Of a DNA stretch of 36,172 nucleotides, positions 1 to 7,693 are shown one piece after another; the first letter of the stretch is position 1; each line of letters begins with the position of its first letter. The position numbers and the translations under genes are program-made. This stretch comes from a virus (taxonomy: Duplodnaviria; Caudoviricetes), in the IMG/VR virus record IMGVR_UViG_3300020045_002064, positions 1 through 36,172 of that record. The stretch is one strand, 5' to 3'. The notes beneath the pieces are model-generated. The model saw only the letters and a program-made list of their open reading frames with translations. It did no database searches and was not told where the DNA came from.

Positions 1-121
1 TCACCCATGATCAAAAAGGCACATCGTCCGACATATCGTCAAACCCGCTAGAGGCTTTCTGAACTGGCTTCTGTTGCTTTGGTGCTGGTGCAGCCTGTTG
101 TTCTTTCGGTGTCACAGACAA
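1..121. repeat. Terminal direct repeat, copy 1 (circular assembly overlap)
   Basis: 1-121 is identical to 36052-36172; the ssb ORF and its downstream neighbour read continuously across the junction. Confidence 0.95.
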
Positions 122-286
122 GCTCATGAACTTGCCTTTGGCGCTTTCTTTGATCCAAGAGGAAACCCAATAGTCAACACCGTTGACGTTCAAACTTCCC
201 TTGTAATCGGGGTGGTTTGGTTGCTCTTTACGGTCATTTTTGAAGATCGCGCCGCGATTCTCGTTTGAGTATTGTTGGTTGCTCAT
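11..286 (-). CDS. ssb: Small single-stranded DNA-binding protein
   Basis: G-x-I-F-K-N...HPDYKG...YWVSSW core, flexible linker and acidic DDVPF tail; adjacent to ERF. Confidence 0.75.
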   Translation of the reverse strand: MSNQQYSNENRGAIFKNDRKEQPNHPDYKGSLNVNGVDYWVSSWIKESAKGKFMSLSVTPKEQQAAPAPKQQKPVQKASSGFDDMSDDVPF

Positions 287-837
287 GCTGTTTCCTTCTG
301 CTTTAAAGCGGTTTTACGGGCGTTTGCCGCATCTTTGATTGATTGGTGGTGTGAGGCATCAAGCATTTGCATTGCAGCCTCATAGTTGGTTTTAAGCACT
401 TCCACGGTCATGCTTGAAGAAATGCCTTTGAGGATTGCTTTTACATCTGGTGCATTCACTGGTTCAGATGAATCAATCCCGTCATGCTCGATTATCTCCA
501 AGGCTGTAACCCACAAATAGCGCCGTGTGTAGCTTTCAACAGCGCCGAGGTTCTGGATCGGATGACATCCCTTCAAGTTGGCCTCAGCCATCGGTGAAGT
601 AATTTCAACGTATTCGTCAGGCTTGTCGGTGTTGACGATTCGCATGGTTGCCAGTTCTTTGCCAAACGTGATGACAGAACACAGACCGTTGTCATTGAAC
701 ACTTTGAGAGCAACTGTTACAAAGTCGCTCAATTCAAAGTACGTATAACCCGCGAACTTGTTGTGTCCTGATTTCTCCAGTTTGGATTGGTGAAAAGCTG
801 CTCTGGCTGCATTTAACTTTTGATATACGTTCGTCAT
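283..837 (-). CDS. erf: ERF-family ssDNA annealing recombinase
   Basis: NKFAGYTYFELSDF and LGAVESYTRRYL motifs; start reassigned to ATG at 837 (MTNVYQKL). Confidence 0.8.
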   Translation of the reverse strand: MTNVYQKLNAARAAFHQSKLEKSGHNKFAGYTYFELSDFVTVALKVFNDNGLCSVITFGKELATMRIVNTDKPDEYVEITSPMAEANLKGCHPIQNLGAVESYTRRYLWVTALEIIEHDGIDSSEPVNAPDVKAILKGISSSMTVEVLKTNYEAAMQMLDASHHQSIKDAANARKTALKQKETA

Positions 838-955
838 AGCGTTTGGGTGGGTATTGAAGTTTGAAACGGAAACAGGCTTCTTTGATGGTTTCGTCTGGAA
901 GCTCACCATTGAAAGCACAGTAGAGAAGATCACTCAAGAACTCATCATTAGTCAT
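734..955 (-). CDS. Hypothetical early protein
   Basis: ATGA coupling to the upstream gene, but about 100 bp overlap with erf. Confidence 0.45.
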   Translation of the reverse strand: MTNDEFLSDLLYCAFNGELPDETIKEACFRFKLQYPPKRYDERISKVKCSQSSFSPIQTGEIRTQQVRGLYVL

Positions 956-1200
956 AGCATCACCTGTGAGTAACGCTGACCCTTACGTCCTACACAAACT
1001 AATTTGCCATTGTCTGTGTACTCAGGTGCAGTCTGTGGCCCATAAGAGCGATGACAGAACTGGACAGCTTGCATCCATTCGCGTCTTTCTTGCTGCAATG
1101 CCGTGTCAGCATCGTTCCTGTAATCCGAGTCCATCACAAGAAACCAAGTTGCCAGAATTCCCACGAACAAGGCAATGTTTGTCAGTCGGTGTAGTGTCAT
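952..1200 (-). CDS. Small membrane-anchored hypothetical protein
   Basis: ATG at 1200 with GAGG SD; N-terminal hydrophobic helix IALFVGILATWFLV. Confidence 0.65.
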   Translation of the reverse strand: MTLHRLTNIALFVGILATWFLVMDSDYRNDADTALQQERREWMQAVQFCHRSYGPQTAPEYTDNGKLVCVGRKGQRYSQVML

Positions 1201-1207
1201 GTTTGCC

Positions 1208-1474
1208 TCACTGGAATGGTGTGTCGTTGCACAGTTCGCGGAATGTGTTGTGGATAGCTCGTTGAACACTTGGCAACGTAAGAATGCGACGTTCAGCAAT
1301 TGACCATGCTTGATTCCAAGTTGGCCCACCGTAGATAAGGCCATTTAATTTCTTGCCTGACTCTGCACAGAACACTTCGATGTCTGTCACATAGTCAACG
1401 TCAATTTCGATGTTGATCAGGCAACGGTCTTTGTCATCACCTAACGTCGCTTCAGTTGAGTAGTCGGTACGCAT
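1208..1474 (-). CDS. Small hypothetical early protein (88 aa, acidic N-terminal half)
   Basis: ORF with AAAGG SD in the leftward operon. Confidence 0.65.
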   Translation of the reverse strand: MRTDYSTEATLGDDKDRCLINIEIDVDYVTDIEVFCAESGKKLNGLIYGGPTWNQAWSIAERRILTLPSVQRAIHNTFRELCNDTPFQ

Positions 1475-1489
1475 ATCAACCTTTCAAAT

Positions 1490-1520
1490 AAAAAAACCAA
1501 CTGCAATTGCTTACAGTTGG
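1490..1520 (-). terminator. Intrinsic terminator-like hairpin (also resembles a LexA box)
   Basis: CCAACTG-10nt-CAGTTGG followed by a T-run on the minus strand. Confidence 0.5.
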
Positions 1521-1559
1521 CTGAAACCCGCATTGCACGGGCAGGGAGTAAGAGGAAAC

Positions 1560-1588
1560 AAAAAAGCCGACTCGTTTGAATCGGCTTT
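1560..1588 (-). terminator. Intrinsic terminator (tL1-like)
   Basis: AAAGCCGATTC-AAAC-GAGTCGGCTTTTTT on the minus strand, after the first PL gene. Confidence 0.7.
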
Positions 1589-1619
1589 GTTGATTGCCCT
1601 TGGTAGGGCAGGGTGGTGG

Positions 1620-2108
1620 TTAATGCGCTCTGACTAGCACACGTTGGTGCAGGCGTTGGACAGTGTGACCGCCAGCGAGGATGGATTCAATTTTCACGAA
1701 TCTTTCACCGTTGATCTTGAACACTCCGTTGAATCCATCTTTGCAGTAACTCACTTCAGCAGAGTCCACAGACGCGACACCGAGTTTCACAAGCTGCACA
1801 GCAATCTTGGCATTTCGCTTTTCGGCGACTGCTTTGCTGTTTTTCGCCATGAACTCACTAATCATTTGGTTGGAGCGACCTTCAAATGCGTTGAACCAAG
1901 TTTTTCCGCCAGCGATTGCAAATATTTTTGGGTAGTACCCACCGAAAGCGCCTTTTTTGCGAAGCTCTGTTGCTTCGGGGCTGCGTTTGAATTCACGGAC
2001 TGCTTCGGCTCTTTCAAGAGCCCACGCAATATCGCTGGCTGCAACCTGTGCATCTTGTTCGGCAAAGAAGCTGTGCAGACTTTCCATGATTTTTGTAACT
2101 GCGCTCAT
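1620..2108 (-). CDS. Hypothetical protein, first gene of the PL operon
   Basis: Strong AAGGAG SD; C-terminal ILAGGHTVQRLH resembles the AGGYNIQxLH motif of phage hypotheticals; not N-like. Confidence 0.75.
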   Translation of the reverse strand: MSAVTKIMESLHSFFAEQDAQVAASDIAWALERAEAVREFKRSPEATELRKKGAFGGYYPKIFAIAGGKTWFNAFEGRSNQMISEFMAKNSKAVAEKRNAKIAVQLVKLGVASVDSAEVSYCKDGFNGVFKINGERFVKIESILAGGHTVQRLHQRVLVRAH

Positions 2109-2299
2109 GTCGTTACTCCTTGTTAAACAGAAACCGACTCAGTGAATCGGCTTGTGTCTAGTAACTCTTGCGAATTACTGCGAGGGTCTTGTATGGCGCA
2201 TCCCCTCTGACTGTCTGGTTTCAGCCTCTCAGATGGCTCCGGTCAGTTAGTCCCCTTGACTTCACCACCACCGCTGTTGATCACTGCGGCATGGGATGA

Positions 2300-2341
2300 A
2301 GTTTAGCGCAAACTAAACCACAAGACAAGGAAAAGCTAAAC
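2300..2341 (-). promoter_or_regulatory. PL promoter with operators OL1 (2301-2318) and OL2 (2324-2341)
   Basis: Minus strand TTGTCT-17bp-TAAACT; OL1 GTTTAG-N6-CTAAAC; OL2 GTTTAG-N6-CTTGTC; mirrors the OR region. Confidence 0.85.
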
Positions 2342-2391
2342 AAAAAGCAAAAAAAGTTTAGTTTTGGGGAAAACCCTTAGTTGATAGACGT

Positions 2392-2415
2392 AAAAAAACC
2401 CGCCTAGTGCGGGTT
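2392..2415 (-). terminator. Terminator of the cI-lipoprotein (lysogenic) transcript
   Basis: AACCCGC-ACTAG-GCGGGTT followed by a T-run on the minus strand. Confidence 0.85.
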
Positions 2416-2434
2416 GTGTCTTGTTGTTGGCTGG

Positions 2435-2863
2435 CTATCGGTTGTTTTTCGGGGCAATGATCACGTCCATCACCCGGCCTTTGTCATCCATGCAAACGCC
2501 AGTAGCGCCCATCCCACTGGAAAACAGGTCGCACCGCAAGCCTCTGCCTGAGCTACTGGACAGAATCGCTTTGTATGTGTCATTGCCTCCACCTGAGTAG
2601 GTCATAACAGAGGCGTTAGCTCTGGCTCCACGGTTGTTTGACCCATACGCTTGGGCAAAACCAAACTGTGCATCAGAAGATGCTCTCATCATGTTCCCGT
2701 CATAGCGAACACCATCCATGTAGATGGTCATTGTTCCACGTCCTCCACCGCTGGAATGCATTTCGCCTGAGTAAACAGTGCCTGAGTCTCTAGGCATCAT
2801 CGTTACCTGGAACGCGCAACCACTGACAAGAGCCGCAACAGCAGCAACTAAAACGAGCCTCAT
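2435..2863 (-). CDS. Lipoprotein co-transcribed with cI (immunity-region accessory gene)
   Basis: Signal peptide with lipobox VSG-C; strong SD; directly downstream of cI. Confidence 0.8.
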   Translation of the reverse strand: MRLVLVAAVAALVSGCAFQVTMMPRDSGTVYSGEMHSSGGGRGTMTIYMDGVRYDGNMMRASSDAQFGFAQAYGSNNRGARANASVMTYSGGGNDTYKAILSSSSGRGLRCDLFSSGMGATGVCMDDKGRVMDVIIAPKNNR

Positions 2864-2877
2864 ATCATCCTCCTTGG

Positions 2878-3528
2878 TTATCCTATTTCTTCGCCTGTCT
2901 CTGGGTCAAACTCTGGCAGGTAGAACGCTTGCGCGACTCCCAGAATCTGGCCTGTGAGTGCTTTGGCTGGCAGGTTCACGGCTTCAATGTAACTGGTTGA
3001 CCCGTCTATAACGAGCTTTCTGAGAATAGCTGTCTCACCGTCTGTCACTAGCACTTTCATTCCGTGCCTTGGTGTGATTGTCGGGTTGATCACTGCCAGC
3101 GCACCTTTTGGCACTTGTGGCTGCATGAGGTCATCACTCACGCGAAACATGAAAACACTGTTGCCGTTTGGCCCTACATACTTTTGAGTTTTCGCTGTGA
3201 GCTTGCCGCTCAAATAGTCTTTATACATCCCTGCTGTTCCTTTATCTAGCACCGGCACTTCATGCACGGTACTGGATAGGCTAACAGTGCTTCGGATCTC
3301 TTTTTGATCCTGTGGTTGTTCGTCGAAATATCTATCAGGCAACCCCAGTGCGTCACAAATGTTTTTGGCTGCACGTTCGCCAAAAGGCTCATCAGGGTCT
3401 AGCAACTGCGACACACGGCTCTTGTTGATGCCGACAGCAGCAGCAAACGACACGTTAGACCCATCGTAGGTGGGTGAGTCAATCAACGCCTGTAACCGTT
3501 GCTTGCGCGTGTGCGTAGTTGAGTCCAT
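2878..3528 (-). CDS. cI: CI-like repressor (HTH plus degenerate S24 domain)
   Basis: N-terminal HTH (FAAAVGINKSRVSQLL...FGERAAKNI), C-terminal S24-like fold; divergent from cro across operators. Confidence 0.88.
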   Translation of the reverse strand: MDSTTHTRKQRLQALIDSPTYDGSNVSFAAAVGINKSRVSQLLDPDEPFGERAAKNICDALGLPDRYFDEQPQDQKEIRSTVSLSSTVHEVPVLDKGTAGMYKDYLSGKLTAKTQKYVGPNGNSVFMFRVSDDLMQPQVPKGALAVINPTITPRHGMKVLVTDGETAILRKLVIDGSTSYIEAVNLPAKALTGQILGVAQAFYLPEFDPETGEEIG

Positions 3529-3599
3529 GTTTACATCCTAAATTCGGGTGTTTAGGTTTTTCTTGTCAAAGGTGTTTAGTTTCGGCTAAACTCCGCAAC
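3529..3599. promoter_or_regulatory. PR/PRM switch with operators OR2 (3550-3567) and OR1 (3574-3591)
   Basis: PR TTGTCA(3563)-18bp-TAAACT(3587); OR1 GTTTAG-N6-CTAAAC; OR2 GTTTAG-N6-CTTGTC; PRM -10 TAGGAT 6 nt before the cI ATG. Confidence 0.85.
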
Positions 3600-3809
3600 A
3601 TGATGAAACTCAAAACATGGCTGGAAATGGAGCGCGGCAGGGCCACCGCACTGGCTGAGAAGCTGGGTGTCTCCACAGGTCGCATCACACAGATGTCTGA
3701 TGACGGTGTGCCCATCAAGTACATGAAGCAGGTGATCGCCTTTACTGGTGGTGCTGTGTCGCTTGAATCCCTGGTTGATGACAGAACGCCAACAGATTCA
3801 GAGGCATAG
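3600..3809 (+). CDS. cro: Cro-like transcriptional regulator
   Basis: HTH ATALAEKLGVSTGRITQM; first gene after PR; start at ATG 3600 or 3603. Confidence 0.8.
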   Translation: MMKLKTWLEMERGRATALAEKLGVSTGRITQMSDDGVPIKYMKQVIAFTGGAVSLESLVDDRTPTDSEA

Positions 3810-3811
3810 CC

Positions 3812-4030
3812 ATGTCCCTTCCTCTCATCGACATGCGTTGCAAGGTCAGTCCCGCCACTGACGCACTGCTTGAAACCCTGCACAGAACCACAGGCCGCGA
3901 CAAATCCGAGATTGCTCGGGACGTTCTGCATAAGTGGGCTGAAAAGGAAATCCATGCTGCCATGTTGCTGCATGGAGAACTCAACCGCAATGGATTGCTG
4001 CGGGACTATGAGGGAGTGCTAGGGCAATGA
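3812..4030 (+). CDS. Small regulator in the cII position (ribbon-helix-helix-like)
   Basis: Position after cro; GRDKSEIARDVL helix pattern. Confidence 0.55.
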   Translation: MSLPLIDMRCKVSPATDALLETLHRTTGRDKSEIARDVLHKWAEKEIHAAMLLHGELNRNGLLRDYEGVLGQ

Positions 4031-4257
4031 CTGACGCATACGGATTTGCGCACAAGTACGTCCAGCGCACAAGCGAACCATTTTCCCCCGAGGAAGTGGT
4101 TGAAGCCGCTGAACAAGTCGGAATCGTTTTTCAGGATCAGCGTGGATGGGGAAAGGTTTTTCAGTTGCTCAGTAAAGACGGACTGATTAAACCCGCTGGT
4201 CTGTTTCCAAGAAAAACAAGTAACGGGTCGGTTCGACCTGGATGGGTGAGGACATGA
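4027..4257 (+). CDS. Hypothetical protein (possible winged helix)
   Basis: ATGA-coupled ORF; DQRGWGKVF motif. Confidence 0.6.
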   Translation: MTDAYGFAHKYVQRTSEPFSPEEVVEAAEQVGIVFQDQRGWGKVFQLLSKDGLIKPAGLFPRKTSNGSVRPGWVRT

Positions 4258-4436
4258 AACTGAAGCAAACATTTGAGACAGAGACATATATCTCTGAAGG
4301 TGGCTATTACGCCATTAAACAAGACGATGAGGCAATCGTGTTGCTGTCACCAGAGCAACTTCGACTGTTGATTGCTGATATGAGTGAGGCAATTTCAGGT
4401 GACGCAGATTGGTGGACAAGCGAGGAAAAGGAGTAA
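4254..4436 (+). CDS. Small acidic hypothetical protein
   Basis: GAGG SD and ATGA coupling. Confidence 0.6.
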   Translation: MKLKQTFETETYISEGGYYAIKQDDEAIVLLSPEQLRLLIADMSEAISGDADWWTSEEKE

Positions 4437-4441
4437 GGCAC

Positions 4442-5206
4442 ATGCATTACTACAAAAGAAACCTCGGTGACTACGCCAAGAAAGCAGGACGTTTGTCCAT
4501 GCTTCAGCACGGAGCGTTCACGCTTTTGATTGACTCGTGCTATGACCGTGAACAGTTTCCCACGTTAGAGGACGCATTGGATTGGACTTGGGCCAGTTCA
4601 TCGGCAGAAGTTGAAGCGGTTGAGTTTGTTTTACGTAAATTCTTCACGCTTGAGGATGGTCGCTATGTGCAAAAGCGCATCCAAGAGGAAATTGCTGAGT
4701 ATCACGCCAAGGCCACGACTAATGCCAGAATAGCACAAGAGCGTGAGGCTAAACGCAAGGACTCGTTAACGAACCGTGCACGAACCGTGAACGACACGTT
4801 ACCAGAGCAACACGAACCGCCACCTAACCATAAACCATTAACCAATAACCAAGAACCATTAACCAATGCAGTTACTAACGTAACTGAGGCTGTCGCCTCA
4901 ACCAGTGCTGATCAGTTGACCAAAAAAGAACTTTGGGATGCTGGCAAAAGCCTTCTCGAAAAATCAGGCGTTGCCCCTGCTCAATGCGGCTCGTTTGTTG
5001 GCAAGTTGGTCAAGGACTATGGCGAACAAATCGTTGTTGACGCAGTTCGCAGCGCGGTTGTCACGCAACCAGTTGACCCATCCGAATACCTGAAAGCAAT
5101 TTGCATGCGCTCATCTGGAAAGCGCAAAGGTTCAGGCACTTCTCGCCACATGGGTTTTGAAACGATTGACTACACACAGGGGATTAATGATGACGGTTCT
5201 TTCTGA
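4442..5206 (+). CDS. Replication initiator, O-like (YdaU/DUF1376 N-terminus)
   Basis: MHYYKRNLGDY...HGAFTLLIDSCY N-terminus; internal iterons; upstream of a loader ATPase. Confidence 0.82.
   Translation: MHYYKRNLGDYAKKAGRLSMLQHGAFTLLIDSCYDREQFPTLEDALDWTWASSSAEVEAVEFVLRKFFTLEDGRYVQKRIQEEIAEYHAKATTNARIAQEREAKRKDSLTNRARTVNDTLPEQHEPPPNHKPLTNNQEPLTNAVTNVTEAVASTSADQLTKKELWDAGKSLLEKSGVAPAQCGSFVGKLVKDYGEQIVVDAVRSAVVTQPVDPSEYLKAICMRSSGKRKGSGTSRHMGFETIDYTQGINDDGSF
4769..4886. repeat. Putative replication origin iterons
   Basis: ACGAACCG x3 (4769, 4780, 4812); six tandem NAACCAW heptamers 4825-4866; palindrome CAGTTAC-TAAC-GTAACTG 4869-4886. Confidence 0.75.
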
Positions 5207-6032
5207 CAACCATCACGACAGATTGCATTCGCTGATGATTCGCACAGGAATGGGTGCAACTATGGCAAAGATCGGGCGTATGCAGGTCAATTGCGATAGG
5301 CATGGGCCTTACATGGCTGATGGCACACGCCTGACAAGCCGCACGGTTTGGTCTGTTTGCCCAGCATGCACAGCAGACATGAATCGGCGCGATGCCGAAA
5401 AGAAGGCTGAGATTGCGCGGGTTGCATCCATCCAACTTCGCGCACAGCAGATTGAAGAAGTCGGTGTGCCAGCTCGTTTTGTTGGCAGAACGCTTGCCAC
5501 CTTCAAGGCAGAGACCGAGGAACAGCGCAAGGCTTTGGTCATTGCTACCGAGTACGTCAACAACTGGTCTGACGTTTACAAAAAAGGCTCCTGGCTGGTT
5601 TTTGGTGGTCAACCCGGTACGGGGAAGAGTCACCTTGCTATCGCCATCCTTCAGGCGCTTATGCCAGCTCATGTCGGGCGTTACATGACTTGCATGGAAC
5701 TGTTCCAAAAGATTCGCGGAACGTGGCGCAAGGATTCCGAGTTGTCAGAGCAAGAGGTGATTGCACAACTGGCAAACGTGCCATTGCTGGTGATTGACGA
5801 AATCGGTGTGCAGAACGGCACAGATTCCGAAATGCTGCATCTGTTCGATGTGCTGGATAAACGCTATCGGGATTTGATGCCAACGATTCTGCTGACAAAC
5901 CAAAACAAGGACGGGTTCCGTCAGTTTGTTGGTGACCGTGTGTATGACCGTATGACTGAGTGCGCTAAGTGGGTTCCGTTCGCGTGGCCTAGCTATCGCC
6001 CAATTGCACGCAAGGAAATGCAAGATGCGTGA
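5187..6032 (+). CDS. DnaC/IstB-like helicase loader AAA+ ATPase
   Basis: Zn-binding CDRH...CPAC, Walker A GQPGTGKS, Walker B LLVIDEIG, PTILLTN, DRVYDR. Confidence 0.9.
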   Translation: MMTVLSDNHHDRLHSLMIRTGMGATMAKIGRMQVNCDRHGPYMADGTRLTSRTVWSVCPACTADMNRRDAEKKAEIARVASIQLRAQQIEEVGVPARFVGRTLATFKAETEEQRKALVIATEYVNNWSDVYKKGSWLVFGGQPGTGKSHLAIAILQALMPAHVGRYMTCMELFQKIRGTWRKDSELSEQEVIAQLANVPLLVIDEIGVQNGTDSEMLHLFDVLDKRYRDLMPTILLTNQNKDGFRQFVGDRVYDRMTECAKWVPFAWPSYRPIARKEMQDA

Positions 6033-6159
6033 TCAATTGAACCACGAAGAATTGGAAGCAATGCGAATTCTCGATGCCGTGAAGGCTGGCATTGACATTG
6101 AACAGGAAACAATCAATTGGGCACTGTGGGTGACGGGTGACTTAGTTGGACTTCGCTGA
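6025..6159 (+). CDS. Small hypothetical protein (44 aa, not in ORF track)
   Basis: MRDQLNHEELEAMRILDAVKAG...WALWVTGDL; overlaps the stop of the loader gene. Confidence 0.6.
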   Translation: MRDQLNHEELEAMRILDAVKAGIDIEQETINWALWVTGDLVGLR

Positions 6160-6319
6160 AGAATTTGACCAACACCTGAAGCATTTAGTTTGGATGTGTG
6201 ACCTAGGACAAAAACACTACGCATGGCACAGAGCAAAAGAGATTGAACGCGATGACAAGCAATTCAAAGGTTTGTGTGATGCGTTGGTCAAGCAGATGAA
6301 AGAACGGAATGAAAAGTAA
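6146..6319 (+). CDS. Small hypothetical protein (57 aa, not in ORF track)
   Basis: TTG start; fills the gap between the 6025 ORF and ninG, overlapping both. Confidence 0.5.
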   Translation: MDFAEEFDQHLKHLVWMCDLGQKHYAWHRAKEIERDDKQFKGLCDALVKQMKERNEK

Positions 6320-6878
6320 GGTCTGCAAAGTGTGCAAGTCTGCGTTCCATCCGATGAAGCCTCTACAAGCCGTTTGCGGGGTTGATTGCTCAATCGCATT
6401 GGGCGAGAAAAGAAAGCGCCTAAAACAGGCCAAAGAACGCCGGGAAACGGCATCGGCTGATCGTGTCAAGCATGAGAAGTTGAAAACCAAGAGTGAATGG
6501 ACAAAGGAGGCTCAAATTGAGTTCAACAAGTACGTTAGGTTGCGGGACATGGGCAAGGGATGTATCTCTTGTGGATCAGCCGTGGGAAACGGTAGTCCAG
6601 GCGGTGATGGAGATGCAGGCCACTTTCGGAGCCGTGGAAGCGCGCCGCATCTCAGATTCGACGAGCGGAATTGCAACCTCCAATGCAAGCGATGTAACCG
6701 ATATTTGTCGGGGAACATTTCAGATTACCGCATTGGATTAATTCAACGAATTGGATTGCAAGCAGTTGAGCAATTAGAAGCTGATCAATCTCCAAAGCAT
6801 TATTCGATTGATGACCTGAAAGCGATAAAGGTTAAGTACAAAGCATTGGCTAGAGAGTTGGAGAAAGCAATTGGCTGA
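6309..6878 (+). CDS. ninG: NinG/Rap recombination endonuclease
   Basis: CKVC...VCGVDC; FNKYVRLRD...CISCG; DAGHFRSRG...LRFDERN...QCKRCN. Confidence 0.93.
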   Translation: MKSKVCKVCKSAFHPMKPLQAVCGVDCSIALGEKRKRLKQAKERRETASADRVKHEKLKTKSEWTKEAQIEFNKYVRLRDMGKGCISCGSAVGNGSPGGDGDAGHFRSRGSAPHLRFDERNCNLQCKRCNRYLSGNISDYRIGLIQRIGLQAVEQLEADQSPKHYSIDDLKAIKVKYKALARELEKAIG

Positions 6879-7281
6879 ATCTCTATCCATCGAATTGCAC
6901 AACCGCACACAGGCTTGGGCAGCAATCAAAGCGCAAGTGTTCCCGTTTTTGGCGAGTGTCCTGCAAGGTGGTCATCGTTGGGTTCTGACTATTTCAAAGA
7001 GAAAGCGCACTCCACCACAGAACAGACGCTATTGGGGGAAGGGTGTTCTGGCTCAGATAGCAGAACAGGCAACAGTGAACGGGAAGCTGTACCCGGCTGA
7101 GATATGGCACGAACAGTTCAAGCGCCAGTTCATCGGGTTTGATGAGTTGCCAAACGGTCAGGTGATAGGTAGGTCAAGCACAAAGCTGACCACAGCAGAG
7201 TTCAGTGAATTTTGCTCACAAGTTGAAGCATGGGCATCAACTGAAATGGGTGTTACTTTTTATGACTTGGAGGACAGATGA
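6871..7281 (+). CDS. ninB: NinB/Orf recombination protein
   Basis: RTPPQNRRYW, WHEQFK, RSSTKLTTAEFSEF motifs. Confidence 0.85.
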   Translation: MAESLSIELHNRTQAWAAIKAQVFPFLASVLQGGHRWVLTISKRKRTPPQNRRYWGKGVLAQIAEQATVNGKLYPAEIWHEQFKRQFIGFDELPNGQVIGRSSTKLTTAEFSEFCSQVEAWASTEMGVTFYDLEDR

Positions 7282-7487
7282 GCGCAACAGGAACAGAAGG
7301 ACGCATTTGTGCAGACATTGCCAAACGTCAACAACTTGGAATCGCTAAGTACAAGACAACGGTAGAGAAAGCGAACCTCACGCTTAGACAGTGGTTACAG
7401 CACTCTTATGAGGAAAAACTCGATGACATCGTTTACATGAAACGAGCGATGGAACAGATGGATAAATCAGGGGACGATTTCAAATGA
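7278..7487 (+). CDS. Small conserved phage hypothetical protein
   Basis: GIAKY...WLQHSYEEKLD pattern; coupled ORF. Confidence 0.65.
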   Translation: MSATGTEGRICADIAKRQQLGIAKYKTTVEKANLTLRQWLQHSYEEKLDDIVYMKRAMEQMDKSGDDFK

Positions 7488-7693
7488 CATATCGCATCAA
7501 CACCGACAAGAGCGCGGCAGTCGCTACTGATTACTTTTATCTACCGATTGAGACTGCACCAAAGAACGTCTCAATCATTGGTCTATCAATCTTGGGTGTA
7601 GCAAGGATCGACAAGATAGGTAAAGACCCTGGTGATTTGGTTGCATGGGCTCCATTACCAAAGCGTCCCAACTGGCTAACAGAAAGGCACTGA
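7484..7693 (+). CDS. Small hypothetical protein (DUF551-like)
   Basis: PIETAPK...AWAPLP motifs. Confidence 0.6.
   Translation: MTYRINTDKSAAVATDYFYLPIETAPKNVSIIGLSILGVARIDKIGKDPGDLVAWAPLPKRPNWLTERH

Noticed and set aside
1-121. 121-bp repeat as a biological terminal repeat
   Set aside because: It falls mid-gene (ssb) and its length is k-mer-like; best explained as assembly overlap of a circular or permuted genome
2281-2292. Three-codon ORF (MPQ) at the PL start as a leader peptide
   Set aside because: Too short to support from sequence alone
4825-4866. CRISPR-like array
   Set aside because: Tandem 7-mers without spacers inside a CDS; no cas genes
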